Positions 1 to 10,409 of a stretch of 38,280 nt of DNA are shown piece by piece (the stretch's first letter is position 1; the number at the start of each line of letters is the position of its first letter). The notes under the pieces are model-generated. The model was not told the origin of the DNA, searched no databases, and saw nothing but the letters and a program-made list of their open reading frames with translations. Origin of the DNA: a virus (lineage: Duplodnaviria; Caudoviricetes); IMG/VR virus record IMGVR_UViG_3300030095_002183, positions 1-38,280 of that record; one strand, 5' to 3'. The position numbers were made by a program, and so were the translations under genes.

Positions 1-61
1 TAAGGTAAGTTGTTACACCATCGGCTGACTGAATTTGATCAACTTGTAATGAACTAGGCAT
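1..61 (-). CDS. 5' fragment of a tail-fibre/adhesin-like protein (runs off the window)
   Basis: ATG at 61 just after the stop of 66..302. Reads MPSSLQVDQIQSADGVTTYL, the same N-terminal pattern as MASEIKANTISE (295..975) and MSVITNNTIQPS (1261..1881). Not in the ORF track. Confidence 0.65.
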   Translation of the reverse strand, partial: MPSSLQVDQIQSADGVTTYL

Positions 62-65
62 GATT

Positions 66-302
66 TTATTCTGGTTTAGTGGGCCATGTAATGTTGTTAG
101 GATCGCTAAAATCCATGTCTCTTAATGCTTTTCTGTATGTAACCCATTCTGCTTTTTTAGTAGTTGGAAAATCTTCAATCATATAAACATCTGTTTCTGC
201 AAGCATTGAATTTCTTTTTGCTTTTTTTTCTACAATTTTAAAATTGTCTGTATCTTCATAAGAAACAGGAAACCCATTACCAATTGAAAAATTACTAGGC
301 AT
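66..302 (-). CDS. tail fibre assembly chaperone-like protein
   Basis: RNSMLAETD...WVTYRKALRD...ITWPTKPE is the typical Tfa/tail-chaperone C-terminal signature; follows a fibre-like gene. Confidence 0.75.
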   Translation of the reverse strand: MPSNFSIGNGFPVSYEDTDNFKIVEKKAKRNSMLAETDVYMIEDFPTTKKAEWVTYRKALRDMDFSDPNNITWPTKPE

Positions 303-975
303 TTACAACTCCATAAGTCCGAATGTTTACTGCTTGAAGATTAGCACTCGTGCCACTAGGATAAAATAATATTCCGTTGAAAGTACCCCCAATTCCATGC
401 CTAGCTAAACCCGCAGTTCCTTGAAAATAAGTAGACGAATTATTCGCAGAAGCCAAATAGTGGCCCATAAAACTAATTATATGTCGGCTAGAAACTGAAG
501 GGTTTTGAATACTTATTTCTGCATAACAATGATCGTTAGCTGTATTTGATGATGCATTAATATTTGTAGGCACTAAAGCTATTCTTGAATTACTGTTAGA
601 TCCATTACTTCTAACAGCTTCCCCACTATCATATCCTCTTGTTACATAGTCATAATTTGCTTCTTGTAAACTATTATCGGCATTTATGTACCATTTCATC
701 ATTATTTGACCATCAACATTTGGCCTCCAATTGTCTATAACTACTTTGTAAAGATTATAAGTAGATGAAAAAATAGTCCCTGACCCAATACGAATATTAG
801 CATCTCCTGCTGTTGCTGTTTTTGTTTCCAATAGTTTCCAACCCCAGTTTCCTGTTACTGAAGAACCAATAGCACCAGTATTAATAGCAGAGTCTTTTAA
901 ATTCACACCATCAATACTAACACCATTAGCAGATGTTACTTCAGATATAGTATTAGCTTTTATTTCAGAAGCCAT
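295..975 (-). CDS. tail fibre / receptor-binding-like protein
   Basis: Beta-rich, G/S/T/N-rich; WKLLETKTA and FSSTYNLYKVVI...IRTYGV pattern of marine phage fibre tip domains; paired with a chaperone. Confidence 0.6.
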   Translation of the reverse strand: MASEIKANTISEVTSANGVSIDGVNLKDSAINTGAIGSSVTGNWGWKLLETKTATAGDANIRIGSGTIFSSTYNLYKVVIDNWRPNVDGQIMMKWYINADNSLQEANYDYVTRGYDSGEAVRSNGSNSNSRIALVPTNINASSNTANDHCYAEISIQNPSVSSRHIISFMGHYLASANNSSTYFQGTAGLARHGIGGTFNGILFYPSGTSANLQAVNIRTYGVVNA

Positions 976-1247
976 TATGCCTTATCTTGTTCTGCTTGTT
1001 CTTTCAAAAACTTTGCGTAGTTTACTTTTACTTCATCAGTCATAACTGCATTAAATTGGGCTAAGACTACTGGATCAGATATTGTGGAAACATCTGCATC
1101 TGGGTTAAGAACGTAACGATGAAAATTTGAAGAAATTTCCTGTCCATCTTCAAGGATTTGTTTTCTTTCTCGTACCTGAATGCAGTAATGATCAAAGATT
1201 TTTACTGTTTCAGCCTTATCGATAACAGTTGCTTTTGAAAGTGCCAT
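975..1247 (-). CDS. tail-fibre-associated small protein (putative chaperone)
   Basis: IQVR...ILEDGQEISSNFHRYVL.P motif seen downstream of fibre genes in marine phages; translationally coupled to the next gene. Confidence 0.5.
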   Translation of the reverse strand: MALSKATVIDKAETVKIFDHYCIQVRERKQILEDGQEISSNFHRYVLNPDADVSTISDPVVLAQFNAVMTDEVKVNYAKFLKEQAEQDKA

Positions 1248-1260
1248 TTTATTTTTTAAA

Positions 1261-1881
1261 TTAAGCGGTTCTATATTGAAGTGAAAAACGTATGTAAATA
1301 TTAGTGCTCATTTCATTAGTAGTAATTGAAACAGTAGAAGTGTCACCAGCTTGTGGTCTTAAATTATACGCAATCGAAGCAGATCCACTGTCTAATCTTA
1401 AATTTTGTACATAACCGGATTTTCCTACTCCTACTGATGCTGTAGATCCTGCACTTTGATAGCCACTTAATGATAAACTGGTAAATGGAAGTCCCCCTAT
1501 TGAGCTTAAAGTTCCTGATCCTCCTGATTTATTAAACCTACATCTACCATGCACTGAAACAAAATCACCAATTCGGCAATATGTTCCAACTTGTTCCGAT
1601 AAAGTTCCTCCACTTGTAAGTGAAACAGTTGGGGAAAAATTGCCAACTTCATAATGATCCAAGATTTCATCTGTCCCTGTGGAAGCAGTTTTGCCTGTAA
1701 CAGAAGCTATTGTTTGTGCTTGAAAATCAATCCCCTTTCCTGCCGTGCCGACTATAATATTTTCCGCAAAAGTAGCTTCACCATTAGTAGCTACAGTAAT
1801 TGATGCAGTTCCACCTTCATCCTTAATCGTTAATGTCTGACCAGAAGATGGTTGAATTGTGTTGTTAGTTATGACACTCAT
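1261..1881 (-). CDS. tail fibre / receptor-binding-like protein
   Basis: GKGIDF...LDHYEVGNFSP...GTYCRIGDFV...IGGLPF motif typical of phage fibre C-terminal domains. Confidence 0.65.
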   Translation of the reverse strand: MSVITNNTIQPSSGQTLTIKDEGGTASITVATNGEATFAENIIVGTAGKGIDFQAQTIASVTGKTASTGTDEILDHYEVGNFSPTVSLTSGGTLSEQVGTYCRIGDFVSVHGRCRFNKSGGSGTLSSIGGLPFTSLSLSGYQSAGSTASVGVGKSGYVQNLRLDSGSASIAYNLRPQAGDTSTVSITTNEMSTNIYIRFSLQYRTA

Positions 1882-2111
1882 ACGATCACCAGTGTTCCTT
1901 CCACAACTAAACTTCCAGTGCTAGAAATTTCCACTGGTCCTGCCATGACCGCATTTTCATCTGAGGAAATTGTAACAGTAGAATTTATAGTTTTAGGATT
2001 CCTTAAAACCCCACTTAGCGTTGAACTAACATGACCAGTAATACCACTACTATCTGTTTGTAATGGTGTAAAGTTTCCTTGAGTTAAACTACCAGATCCT
2101 TGTCTTTTCAT
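1878..2111 (-). CDS. small tail-fibre connector-like protein
   Basis: TINSTVTI...NAVMAGPVEI...GTLVIV C-terminus common in marine podovirus tail clusters. Confidence 0.5.
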   Translation of the reverse strand: MKRQGSGSLTQGNFTPLQTDSSGITGHVSSTLSGVLRNPKTINSTVTISSDENAVMAGPVEISSTGSLVVEGTLVIV

Positions 2112-2473
2112 TATGCGTTCTCCAATACAGAAACAATAATATCCGCTTTAGTATCCACACTACACCTTGCGTGTATCTTTGTAGTGTCAGAATCAATTAC
2201 AATCTTACCATCGACTAGTTCAACATTACCCCCTACTGGAATGGTAACGTCTTTAGCTATGTAAGTTATTGTGTCTGGGTCACCAGCACTATCAATAAGA
2301 GCTACATCTACTGTTACTGTAGCATTGTGTATATTTGCTACGTTACATCCAATCATTACATGACCTTTGTTGGATGTTAGTGCAGTCAAAGAACCCACTA
2401 AAGTATTTGCTAAATCAAAGGTACTAAATGCGGTGTTTTTTACGTTTCTACTTTTATTTACAAATTTTGCCAT
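2111..2473 (-). CDS. tail-associated beta-sandwich protein
   Basis: IGCNVANI...IAKDVTIPVG...GKIVI...DIIVSVLE; typically follows fibre genes ending in AIALG-like sequences. Confidence 0.55.
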   Translation of the reverse strand: MAKFVNKSRNVKNTAFSTFDLANTLVGSLTALTSNKGHVMIGCNVANIHNATVTVDVALIDSAGDPDTITYIAKDVTIPVGGNVELVDGKIVIDSDTTKIHARCSVDTKADIIVSVLENA

Positions 2474-2476
2474 AGG

Positions 2477-3418
2477 TCAACCTAATGCGATGGAAAATAC
2501 AATACTGTTTGATAAAGCATTTGCTTCTGTTGTTGCATCACCTGTGTCTGAGTGAGTTATAGTTGCTAATCCTGCTTCAGTAGGAGTTTGATTAATAAAT
2601 TTAGAAGTACTGTTATCATAGGCTAAAACTTCATTATCACCAGCAGAAGTAATAGTAACATCTAGTAACTCGTTTATTTCATTTACTGTTGCTATTTGTG
2701 TAGCTACATAAGCCTTAATTGACTGTTGTGTAGCCAGTTTAGTATTGCTATCAGAATTCATATCGTCTTCATCCAAGATAGCAGTACCAGAAACACTAGT
2801 ATTTAAAACAGGGGATGTAATAGTTGGTCCTGTTAATGTTCCTAAACTAGCAGTATCAACATAATTTTTATTAGCAACATCGTTACTATTTGTAGGATTA
2901 GCTACACCAAAGATTCTTTTATCTACACCAGAAATCTGTACGTTAAATTGTGTAGTGTCATTAGCATCCAAACTAATAGACTCATCTGCTCTGTCTACTG
3001 CTTCTAATGATAGGAAACGTGCTTGGTTAGCAGAGGTGTTAAGGTCCGTATCGGTAAGAACAGAATCAGAACTAAAGGATACTTCAGCAGTTGTTCTATT
3101 GGTTAATCTAGAGATCCGCATTACCTGACTAGTAGATAATGTTGGTACTCCGCTACTTACAATTCCTGTGATATTAACACTTGTAAGGATAGTAATAGTA
3201 CCCCCACTACTTGTACCAGAAACAGTATACTCAGCACTCTGGACAGACCCAGTATCATCTGGAAGTCTTGTGCCTGTGTTATACTTCCTTACACCATCAA
3301 AAAGATGTTTACCACCAATCGTTACTTTAATGTTTGTAGTGTCATGACTAACTGCATCAAAGCTATAGGCATAAGCAGTACCATTAGCAGTAGTATGTTC
3401 TTGGTAGGATAAAGCCAT
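2477..3418 (-). CDS. tail fibre adaptor protein (T7 gp17 N-terminal domain)
   Basis: Directly after the gp16-like gene; ISRLT...VSFSSDSVLTDTDLNTSANQARFLSLEAVD matches the gp17 N-terminus; DVANKNYVD repeat; ends SIALG. Confidence 0.85.
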   Translation of the reverse strand: MALSYQEHTTANGTAYAYSFDAVSHDTTNIKVTIGGKHLFDGVRKYNTGTRLPDDTGSVQSAEYTVSGTSSGGTITILTSVNITGIVSSGVPTLSTSQVMRISRLTNRTTAEVSFSSDSVLTDTDLNTSANQARFLSLEAVDRADESISLDANDTTQFNVQISGVDKRIFGVANPTNSNDVANKNYVDTASLGTLTGPTITSPVLNTSVSGTAILDEDDMNSDSNTKLATQQSIKAYVATQIATVNEINELLDVTITSAGDNEVLAYDNSTSKFINQTPTEAGLATITHSDTGDATTEANALSNSIVFSIALG

Positions 3419-6400
3419 TATCTAAGGAATGCTGGATTGGTTCTTGAAGGACGTTGTAGTCGTTGAATATCTAGTTGTTTAAATTCTAATTCTGTTTGTC
3501 GCAATCTTGGAAATTTACTAAATAACATCTGTTTTGCTATTTGCCTGTGTTTTCTTAATGAATTCTGTAGGAATGATCTTTGTGTTCCTTCTGGCATAGA
3601 CTTAAAGAAACTCTGGGTTACTAAAGGTTCCAAGTATTGCCTATTTAAATCACCAGCAGTTTTAGCAAAATAATGTTGTTCTTCAGAACTTAAAGCTATT
3701 TTATGAGTGTCAAACTGACCCCTAAAATTTACAGTCTTCCATTTAGAAGGTGGGGTTGCTCTTACTCCTAATTCTACAATTTTACTAATTAGCTTACTTT
3801 TATTCTTTGGTCTTACTGGTGCTGGAGAAACCATGTTTTGTGCTACGTGCCAAAATCTACCAGAAGCAGTATTACCTAGTGTAGATGCTCTTACTGGTTT
3901 ACCTACATAATCCAACTTTGGATATAATTTACCTGAAAAACCTTTAGGTTTATAACCTGGAATTGGTCCTAAACCTTCTAGTATTTCTGGGTTTCTATTA
4001 TAGAAATCTGTGTACAAATCCGTAAGAAAATCAGCAGATCCAGTTTGTTGTTGTAATAGATTGCCACTTCTTGCTACATCACTTCTAAACCCAGAATAAA
4101 AAGTAACAATAGGATTATAGGAGTTAGCTAATTTCTTGAGAAAATCTTTTCTATTAAGAGGATCACCAGAGATTAAAGACATGATTTCAGCAAAACCTTT
4201 CAGCATTGCTTTGTCTTGCATCAGTTCCATCATTTGATACATAAACTGACTTCTAAGTGTATCAAATTTAGTATTTACTAGTTCTGATTCTTTTGGTGTA
4301 AAGTAATTTGGGTCATTAAAAATTCTAACTAAATTGTTAGTATCTGCGGCAAACCCCAACATAGTTCCTATGGGGTCTAGTCTGTTAAATGGTATATATC
4401 CAAAAGGTGTTACAAATGAGTAAGACGTTGCACCTTTATCAAGAAGGTTTCTTTTAAGATTAATGTCCTCTGGTAAAGACCCTGAGATAAGACCTGAATC
4501 AGCAAGCATATAAGCAGAAGTATACATAGCAGAACCAGTAGTAAGTTTTGCCAGTTCCATTTGCCTACCCCTAAGTCCATGATCACCTAATAATCCCTCT
4601 CTGGATCGTTTAAATAAGAAATTAGCACCTACTGTCCTTTCACCAGAGAACCTAAGAATATTCATGATGGTGTTAAAGAACGGAATATAGACATGACCTA
4701 AACCTAAAGGTATTTGTCCTCTTACTTTATCTATGCTTTTTACTAATGGATTAGATTGCGGAGTAGCAAAAATAGCTTCTAATGTTGCTTTTTGTGCTTC
4801 TAAATCTATTCCTTCCATATCCTTAAACTCTCGCAATTGTTGCGGAGTCATATTCATGACTTCTTTGTGGATACGATGAAATAACTTAACGTCATTCCCA
4901 GCAGTCTTTCTAGCATAAACATAAGCTTGTGCTGACTGCTCCATTCTATATGAGAGGGATCTAAATACTTCATCACTAGACAACATGAACCTTGAAGGAA
5001 ATCTAGATACAGTTCCCAAGTGGTCAATAAAAGTACCAAACAAACCTGAAGGGTTGATGTAATTGCTAAAGTTCTCAGCCGTAATTACATTTCTTTGTGC
5101 TAGTTCCTGTTTAACCCATGCTTTCTCAGAAGGTGCATCCGTAATAAATGCTTCTTTTGCTACTTTCCAAGAATCACCAATAGTCATTTGAAACCCTTTA
5201 ACTAACCCTGCTACTTCTATAGCTTGCACACCTTGTTCGCTACTATTGGAAAACAAAGTATTGTATTGGGATGCTATCTTTCTTTCTAAAGTAGTAAATG
5301 ACAAAGCCATGCCATTACCCATAGAGTTAGCAATGGTACTATCAACACCACTAAGTAAGCCGTTGATGTAAATTTGTCTAAGAGATTGTCCTACTTTACC
5401 AAGGAACGTAGGTGCATAACCTTTAGAAATAGCAGTAGCCATAACATTGCGATTATCTTTATCTTTGTGTCTTAATAATCGTTCTGCTTCTCTTTTTAAT
5501 TCACCAGTAGGATCTATTTGGTCTATGAAGAATTTAGCTTGGAAATCTTTGGCAGATTGACTGACACCAGTAATCTTATAAGCATTTAATGCTCTACCTA
5601 TCTCACTTCGTACACCTAATATTTGTGATACAATCCCAGCATTTCGAGTTTTAGCCATTTGGTATGCTATTTTAGTTCTTACCATACCATCAGCAAATCC
5701 TTGGAAGTCGGGATGAATAGTGTCATTTCTAACAAACTCAGCAAGTTCATATAACTTCTTTGCTGATACTTCCATTAATGCTTCTGATGCTCGTATCCTA
5801 GTAGTCAATCCATTTACATCTCTGTACAAACCATTTAATTGATCTACTGAACTTTGGGTGTTCTTTGCCATTTGTCTTATATAAGCTTCTGCTCTTTGCC
5901 CTGTCCTCTGGAATGACAAACCACCTTCTCTTACTTTTCCTGTCTTCTTATTTACTAATGTTTCAGTAGCACCAGTACCTTGCCTACCTTTAACTAATAA
6001 ATCATCAAAAGCATCAGTCAATGCACCTAATGTCTTTTGTATGTCATCATCACTTTGGATTGTATCTAGGTTGATCCCCAAGTCTTTTTTATCTGTTCTC
6101 AGGTAAGCATTAAAATCCAGATCCCTGTCACCTAATTCTGCTTTTACTTCATCACTCAAACCTCTAAATATATCTAACTCTTCTGGATCTCCTAATTCTT
6201 CTGCTGTTTTCTTTTGGAACATACTGTCCATCATCTGTTGAGAAAACCCCTCTTCTTCTGGTGTAGTCTCTTTTAATAATGGTTCGTCTATTAATGTTTC
6301 ACCTTCATCAAGCAATCCTTCTTCTACTTGCCTTCTAGTTCGGTGTGCCCCCTTTTTAACCCAACGCAATCCACCTAAAATACTTTCAAATGCTACACCT

Positions 6401-7026
6401 AACCCTGCACCTTCTATTGAGTTCTTTAACCTACCTACAAACTCATTATCTTTTTCTTCATCATCTAGTGGGGCCGATAGCCATTTAGTGATAGGATCAT
6501 TTAACTCTCCGTACTCTCTAAGAAAGTTTGCTAACCTAGGATCATTTGCACCAAAAGCACTAAAGTCTGCTACACCCCCAGCTACTAATGATCTAAGAAC
6601 AGGATTGTTTAACTTAGCTAACTTAGCGACACCTAACCCAGGAATTAAACCAGCACCAAATTGACTCATACCTCTTATAAAACCACCTACACCTGTTTCT
6701 GGTGCATCAGTAGTATTAATTTTACCATCAACTACTAAATCAAAACCACCAACGGATACATTAGGTAAAGAAACATCAAGACCAGAAGCCCAATTAAGGA
6801 AGGTTCCCATTTCATTAAGACCATCGATAAACCCTCCAGCAACTTGTCCAATAGATTCTGAAAAGAATGAATTATCGTCATCACCAGCTACTTCTACATT
6901 GTTAAAAAAAGAATTAGGAATTTCTGGTCTGTTTATTTCTTCGTTCCTACTTAATTCTTCATCAAAAGAAAGTTCGCTACTAAAATTATCTAAATAAACA
7001 TCAGCTATAGAAGATTGCGTACTCAT
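3418..7026 (-). CDS. internal virion protein D (gp16-like ejectosome)
   Basis: 1202 aa; synteny; PFFNTIMNI and FNRLDPIG motifs typical of gp16-like proteins. Confidence 0.8.
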   Translation of the reverse strand: MSTQSSIADVYLDNFSSELSFDEELSRNEEINRPEIPNSFFNNVEVAGDDDNSFFSESIGQVAGGFIDGLNEMGTFLNWASGLDVSLPNVSVGGFDLVVDGKINTTDAPETGVGGFIRGMSQFGAGLIPGLGVAKLAKLNNPVLRSLVAGGVADFSAFGANDPRLANFLREYGELNDPITKWLSAPLDDEEKDNEFVGRLKNSIEGAGLGVAFESILGGLRWVKKGAHRTRRQVEEGLLDEGETLIDEPLLKETTPEEEGFSQQMMDSMFQKKTAEELGDPEELDIFRGLSDEVKAELGDRDLDFNAYLRTDKKDLGINLDTIQSDDDIQKTLGALTDAFDDLLVKGRQGTGATETLVNKKTGKVREGGLSFQRTGQRAEAYIRQMAKNTQSSVDQLNGLYRDVNGLTTRIRASEALMEVSAKKLYELAEFVRNDTIHPDFQGFADGMVRTKIAYQMAKTRNAGIVSQILGVRSEIGRALNAYKITGVSQSAKDFQAKFFIDQIDPTGELKREAERLLRHKDKDNRNVMATAISKGYAPTFLGKVGQSLRQIYINGLLSGVDSTIANSMGNGMALSFTTLERKIASQYNTLFSNSSEQGVQAIEVAGLVKGFQMTIGDSWKVAKEAFITDAPSEKAWVKQELAQRNVITAENFSNYINPSGLFGTFIDHLGTVSRFPSRFMLSSDEVFRSLSYRMEQSAQAYVYARKTAGNDVKLFHRIHKEVMNMTPQQLREFKDMEGIDLEAQKATLEAIFATPQSNPLVKSIDKVRGQIPLGLGHVYIPFFNTIMNILRFSGERTVGANFLFKRSREGLLGDHGLRGRQMELAKLTTGSAMYTSAYMLADSGLISGSLPEDINLKRNLLDKGATSYSFVTPFGYIPFNRLDPIGTMLGFAADTNNLVRIFNDPNYFTPKESELVNTKFDTLRSQFMYQMMELMQDKAMLKGFAEIMSLISGDPLNRKDFLKKLANSYNPIVTFYSGFRSDVARSGNLLQQQTGSADFLTDLYTDFYNRNPEILEGLGPIPGYKPKGFSGKLYPKLDYVGKPVRASTLGNTASGRFWHVAQNMVSPAPVRPKNKSKLISKIVELGVRATPPSKWKTVNFRGQFDTHKIALSSEEQHYFAKTAGDLNRQYLEPLVTQSFFKSMPEGTQRSFLQNSLRKHRQIAKQMLFSKFPRLRQTELEFKQLDIQRLQRPSRTNPAFLR

Positions 7027-9242
7027 GATCCTTGGTAGGGGTCTATACCATCTAAGGTTGGTTCATAAAATTCTGGTGCAACAATAACTCCTTTATCATT
7101 AACTCTTAATGCACCATCATATAATTTTAAAAATTTTTCATCTCTTGCTCTATTTATTTGTACTGCATTTTTCTTTTTTAAATTGTTGTACCAGTTACTA
7201 AAAGATTTTTCAGGCATATTTGTAGATGTAGGTTCAGACGTAAAAAGATATATTTGTACTTTTTTAAAATCTTCTCTAATAGCATCTTTTTGTTTTATAC
7301 CCCCACTTGTAGCTCTTTGTTTACTTTTGTTAAATACATTACCATATCGTTCTTCAGGTTTAGTATTAGGGAATATTTTATTGTAAGAGTCAGGGTTCAT
7401 TTCAAATAAAAACGCACGATAAAAATGCTCTGCATCATTTGCTCTCATCCAATTAGGCATTACATTTAAATTTTCTACATCGATTTCGGTTCTTTCTTCT
7501 TTATTATCGAAATAAGACTTTTTCAATTCATCAAATTCTTCGGTCAAATTTTCTATTAAAATATCGTATTGCTTACTTTTTTCTTCTGGTGAAGCATTGC
7601 CATACAATGTTTCTATATTTTCTGCACCTATCCTAAATTTATCAAATGCTTGTGCGTGTGCTTTTCCTAATTCATCATCTACTATAACTAAATTCTTGAA
7701 AGCACCTAAATTACCAACAAACAATTTAGCTAATTTTTGGTTAAACCTTTCTCCATAAAATTTAGAAGCACTTCTGTCATTGTTGACATTAACAATTTGG
7801 TTAAATATTTTTTCTTCTTGCCCTTTATTAATTTTAGGAAACTTTTTTACAATTAAATTTGCGTTTTCTCTTAATCCTGCTAGAGTCAATCCTTCCTCAC
7901 CTAATGTTGCTTGTACCATTGCTAATCTATATTGATCATTATCACCAGATCCACCACTAGATTTTATTTGATTAAAAGTAGAAGTAAGACTGTCAGCACC
8001 TACATCATAGTAGGATGACCAAGATAACCCATTTGCTTCATTTAACCTTTTTGTCAAATCAGCTATATTTTTAATTCCGTTACCCCCTTCTCTGTCTGGA
8101 AATTTTATGTCTAATACCATTTCTGTTTTCCATGTATTGTAATTACTTCTTGCAGTCTTTTTAGCTTTTGTTTCATCTTCCTTTTCTCCATTCTCAAGCA
8201 TCAAATCTAGTTTCTCTATATTCTCAAATATAAATTCTCTGTACTGATTATTATCCATCAGCATAGAACCAGATTTTAAAACTCTAGAATCTGTAACTTT
8301 ATCCTGCAAAGCACCAATAATATTGGTTATGTACAACTTCTCTTCTTCATCAATAATTCTGCCACTATTAGAGTTAGCATTATCAAATGTATAAGCTACA
8401 CCAATAATTTCTTTAAGTGCTACATTAACAGATTGTTCCCTAGTAAGACCCTCTGCCATACCTTGATCTGTAAGTGTTCCTAGGATGCCGTAGAAGTTTT
8501 TGTTAAATCCTACTGGGTTAGCCTTATCGTCATCTGAGTAAAGCCTAAATAAACTTTGGAATGCAGGGGATGTTTTATCAAACATTGTTGTTCTTACTAC
8601 TTCTCTAAAAGTAGCAACTCTGTTATTAACTTCGTTCTTACGGACTGTTTCAAAGAATGTCTGATCTAGCTGACCTTTGTACCTAAGTAATTCTTCTACA
8701 TCAATGTCTGGATTGTTTTGTATAATACTATTTATTTTTTCATCTATTCTTATTTTATAAATTTGTTCCGCACCATATTCTCCTGTTTCTTCATTTGGTC
8801 TTAATCCCGACAACAAACTCTTAGAATCATATTGTGTTTGCTCTGGATCTTTATTTACTTGTTCTGTCTCATTAAAAACCCCAGCAAGAAAATCAGTATC
8901 ATTAATTATTTCATTACCTTTTTCTCTTGCTTTAAGTAAACCTTTAGTTCGTTTTTGCTGTTTATCATATATAGCCCAACTACCTTGTAACTCAGGATCT
9001 ACAGTACCTTTAACTGCATCTGTTTGTGCTTTAAATGCTATTTCTTCTTCTTTACTTTCTCTGTAAGTTTGGTATGCACCAAAACCAGCATCTATAATAC
9101 CTTGTGTTGCCTTTAACCTTTGATTAGCAAAATCAATAAAGTTATCTAAGTCTCTAGTATCCTGTCTTCTAAAAGTATCTACTGGTTTTGCTTGAGGACG
9201 TAAGTTACCAAAGTTTGCTCGTTGGGTTACACGTTCTACCAT
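7023..9242 (-). CDS. internal virion protein C (gp15-like)
   Basis: 739 aa helical protein between gp14 and gp16; N-terminal LRPQAKPVDTF motif. Confidence 0.7.
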   Translation of the reverse strand: MVERVTQRANFGNLRPQAKPVDTFRRQDTRDLDNFIDFANQRLKATQGIIDAGFGAYQTYRESKEEEIAFKAQTDAVKGTVDPELQGSWAIYDKQQKRTKGLLKAREKGNEIINDTDFLAGVFNETEQVNKDPEQTQYDSKSLLSGLRPNEETGEYGAEQIYKIRIDEKINSIIQNNPDIDVEELLRYKGQLDQTFFETVRKNEVNNRVATFREVVRTTMFDKTSPAFQSLFRLYSDDDKANPVGFNKNFYGILGTLTDQGMAEGLTREQSVNVALKEIIGVAYTFDNANSNSGRIIDEEEKLYITNIIGALQDKVTDSRVLKSGSMLMDNNQYREFIFENIEKLDLMLENGEKEDETKAKKTARSNYNTWKTEMVLDIKFPDREGGNGIKNIADLTKRLNEANGLSWSSYYDVGADSLTSTFNQIKSSGGSGDNDQYRLAMVQATLGEEGLTLAGLRENANLIVKKFPKINKGQEEKIFNQIVNVNNDRSASKFYGERFNQKLAKLFVGNLGAFKNLVIVDDELGKAHAQAFDKFRIGAENIETLYGNASPEEKSKQYDILIENLTEEFDELKKSYFDNKEERTEIDVENLNVMPNWMRANDAEHFYRAFLFEMNPDSYNKIFPNTKPEERYGNVFNKSKQRATSGGIKQKDAIREDFKKVQIYLFTSEPTSTNMPEKSFSNWYNNLKKKNAVQINRARDEKFLKLYDGALRVNDKGVIVAPEFYEPTLDGIDPYQGS

Positions 9243-9904
9243 TAGCTTATATTTGCTCCAAAGTAAGTTTTACTACCTGTGTTCTTACCATACTCATAAC
9301 CTTTAAATCCTGCACCACCTACACCTAACAATGCACTAAGAGGATCTGGTCTACTTGGTCCTCTAAAACTAAAGATTCTATCCTGCATCTTTGCTTCTGC
9401 TTGTTTCTTACTTATCTTTAATTGATCACTCATCATTGCTAGGTTTCTAGTATTGATACCTCGTTGCTCTGCAATCATTTGTTTAGAACGATCTCTATTT
9501 AAATCTATGTCACCAGTTCGTTCCAACATTTGTTGATCATAATCAGCAATAATAGCATTTACAGTATTACCAGAGAGCATATTAGCAGTCAGCTTACCCA
9601 CTACTTTTCCTTTAGCTTTTTCTCCTTCTTTTTCTACTCTTCGTTTAGCTACAGTAGCATCTACACCTTCTTGTATGTTTTTCTTTTCTAGTTGTCTTTG
9701 GCTTAACTCAAATGACTCTTCCTCTTGGTCCTCTCTTTTATCTATTTGTGCTATGTCTAAACCATATGCTTGTTCTGCTAATTTTTTGTTGTCTGCTTTT
9801 AGTTCTTGACCTTCATTATACGCTTTTTCTTCAGCTATATAATTAGCGATACCTTGTGCAACCATTAAACTTGCGTAAGCAGTTGCTCCAGTAATTTCAC
9901 ACAT
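9242..9904 (-). CDS. internal virion protein B (gp14-like)
   Basis: MCE start, A/Q-rich coiled coil, LSGNTV motif, C-terminal PDPLSALLG; synteny. Confidence 0.75.
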   Translation of the reverse strand: MCEITGATAYASLMVAQGIANYIAEEKAYNEGQELKADNKKLAEQAYGLDIAQIDKREDQEEESFELSQRQLEKKNIQEGVDATVAKRRVEKEGEKAKGKVVGKLTANMLSGNTVNAIIADYDQQMLERTGDIDLNRDRSKQMIAEQRGINTRNLAMMSDQLKISKKQAEAKMQDRIFSFRGPSRPDPLSALLGVGGAGFKGYEYGKNTGSKTYFGANIS

Positions 9905-10409
9905 TCTTTATCCTCATAAATTCTACAAAGGGAGTTTTAGCATATCCAAAATTAGGTATTACTCTGATAAATGAAAAACGTAAAAACTTTAACCATTTTA
10001 TTGCGTTATGATTATCCACATCAACGTAATTATATAAAAGATCCCAATTAGTAGACAAAAGACCATCTACCCATTTCTTTCCTGTCCTTAAAAATTTAAT
10101 TTCTATTCCTTCAAACTGACCATCACTTAATAACCAAGGTATTCCTATGCGGTCGTTTATTATACTTTTATTAACACCAAACATACTTTTAATTACATCA
10201 TTATGTACAATTGTATACACTTCATCAGAAGCATAAAAACCAGCACATAACGCATCTACTGGTTTAGATCCACTTGATCTCCATATTTCCTCTTTATCTT
10301 GTAGACATATTCTAGGTGCTAAATCAAATACATCTTCAATAATGGATTTACGAAAATAACTAGTTTTCCCTTCGTGATCTAATGTGGTAAAACCCTTCCC
10401 ATTCTGCAC
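9897..10409 (-). CDS. gp13-like internal virion protein A / GNAT-fold protein (start uncertain)
   Basis: LYNYVDVDNHNAIKWLKFLRFSF is a gp13 signature. The ORF-track start (10571) overlaps tail tube B by 212 nt; the nearest in-frame canonical start to the homologous N-terminus is GTG 10409. Confidence 0.75.
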   Translation of the reverse strand: MQNGKGFTTLDHEGKTSYFRKSIIEDVFDLAPRICLQDKEEIWRSSGSKPVDALCAGFYASDEVYTIVHNDVIKSMFGVNKSIINDRIGIPWLLSDGQFEGIEIKFLRTGKKWVDGLLSTNWDLLYNYVDVDNHNAIKWLKFLRFSFIRVIPNFGYAKTPFVEFMRIKNV

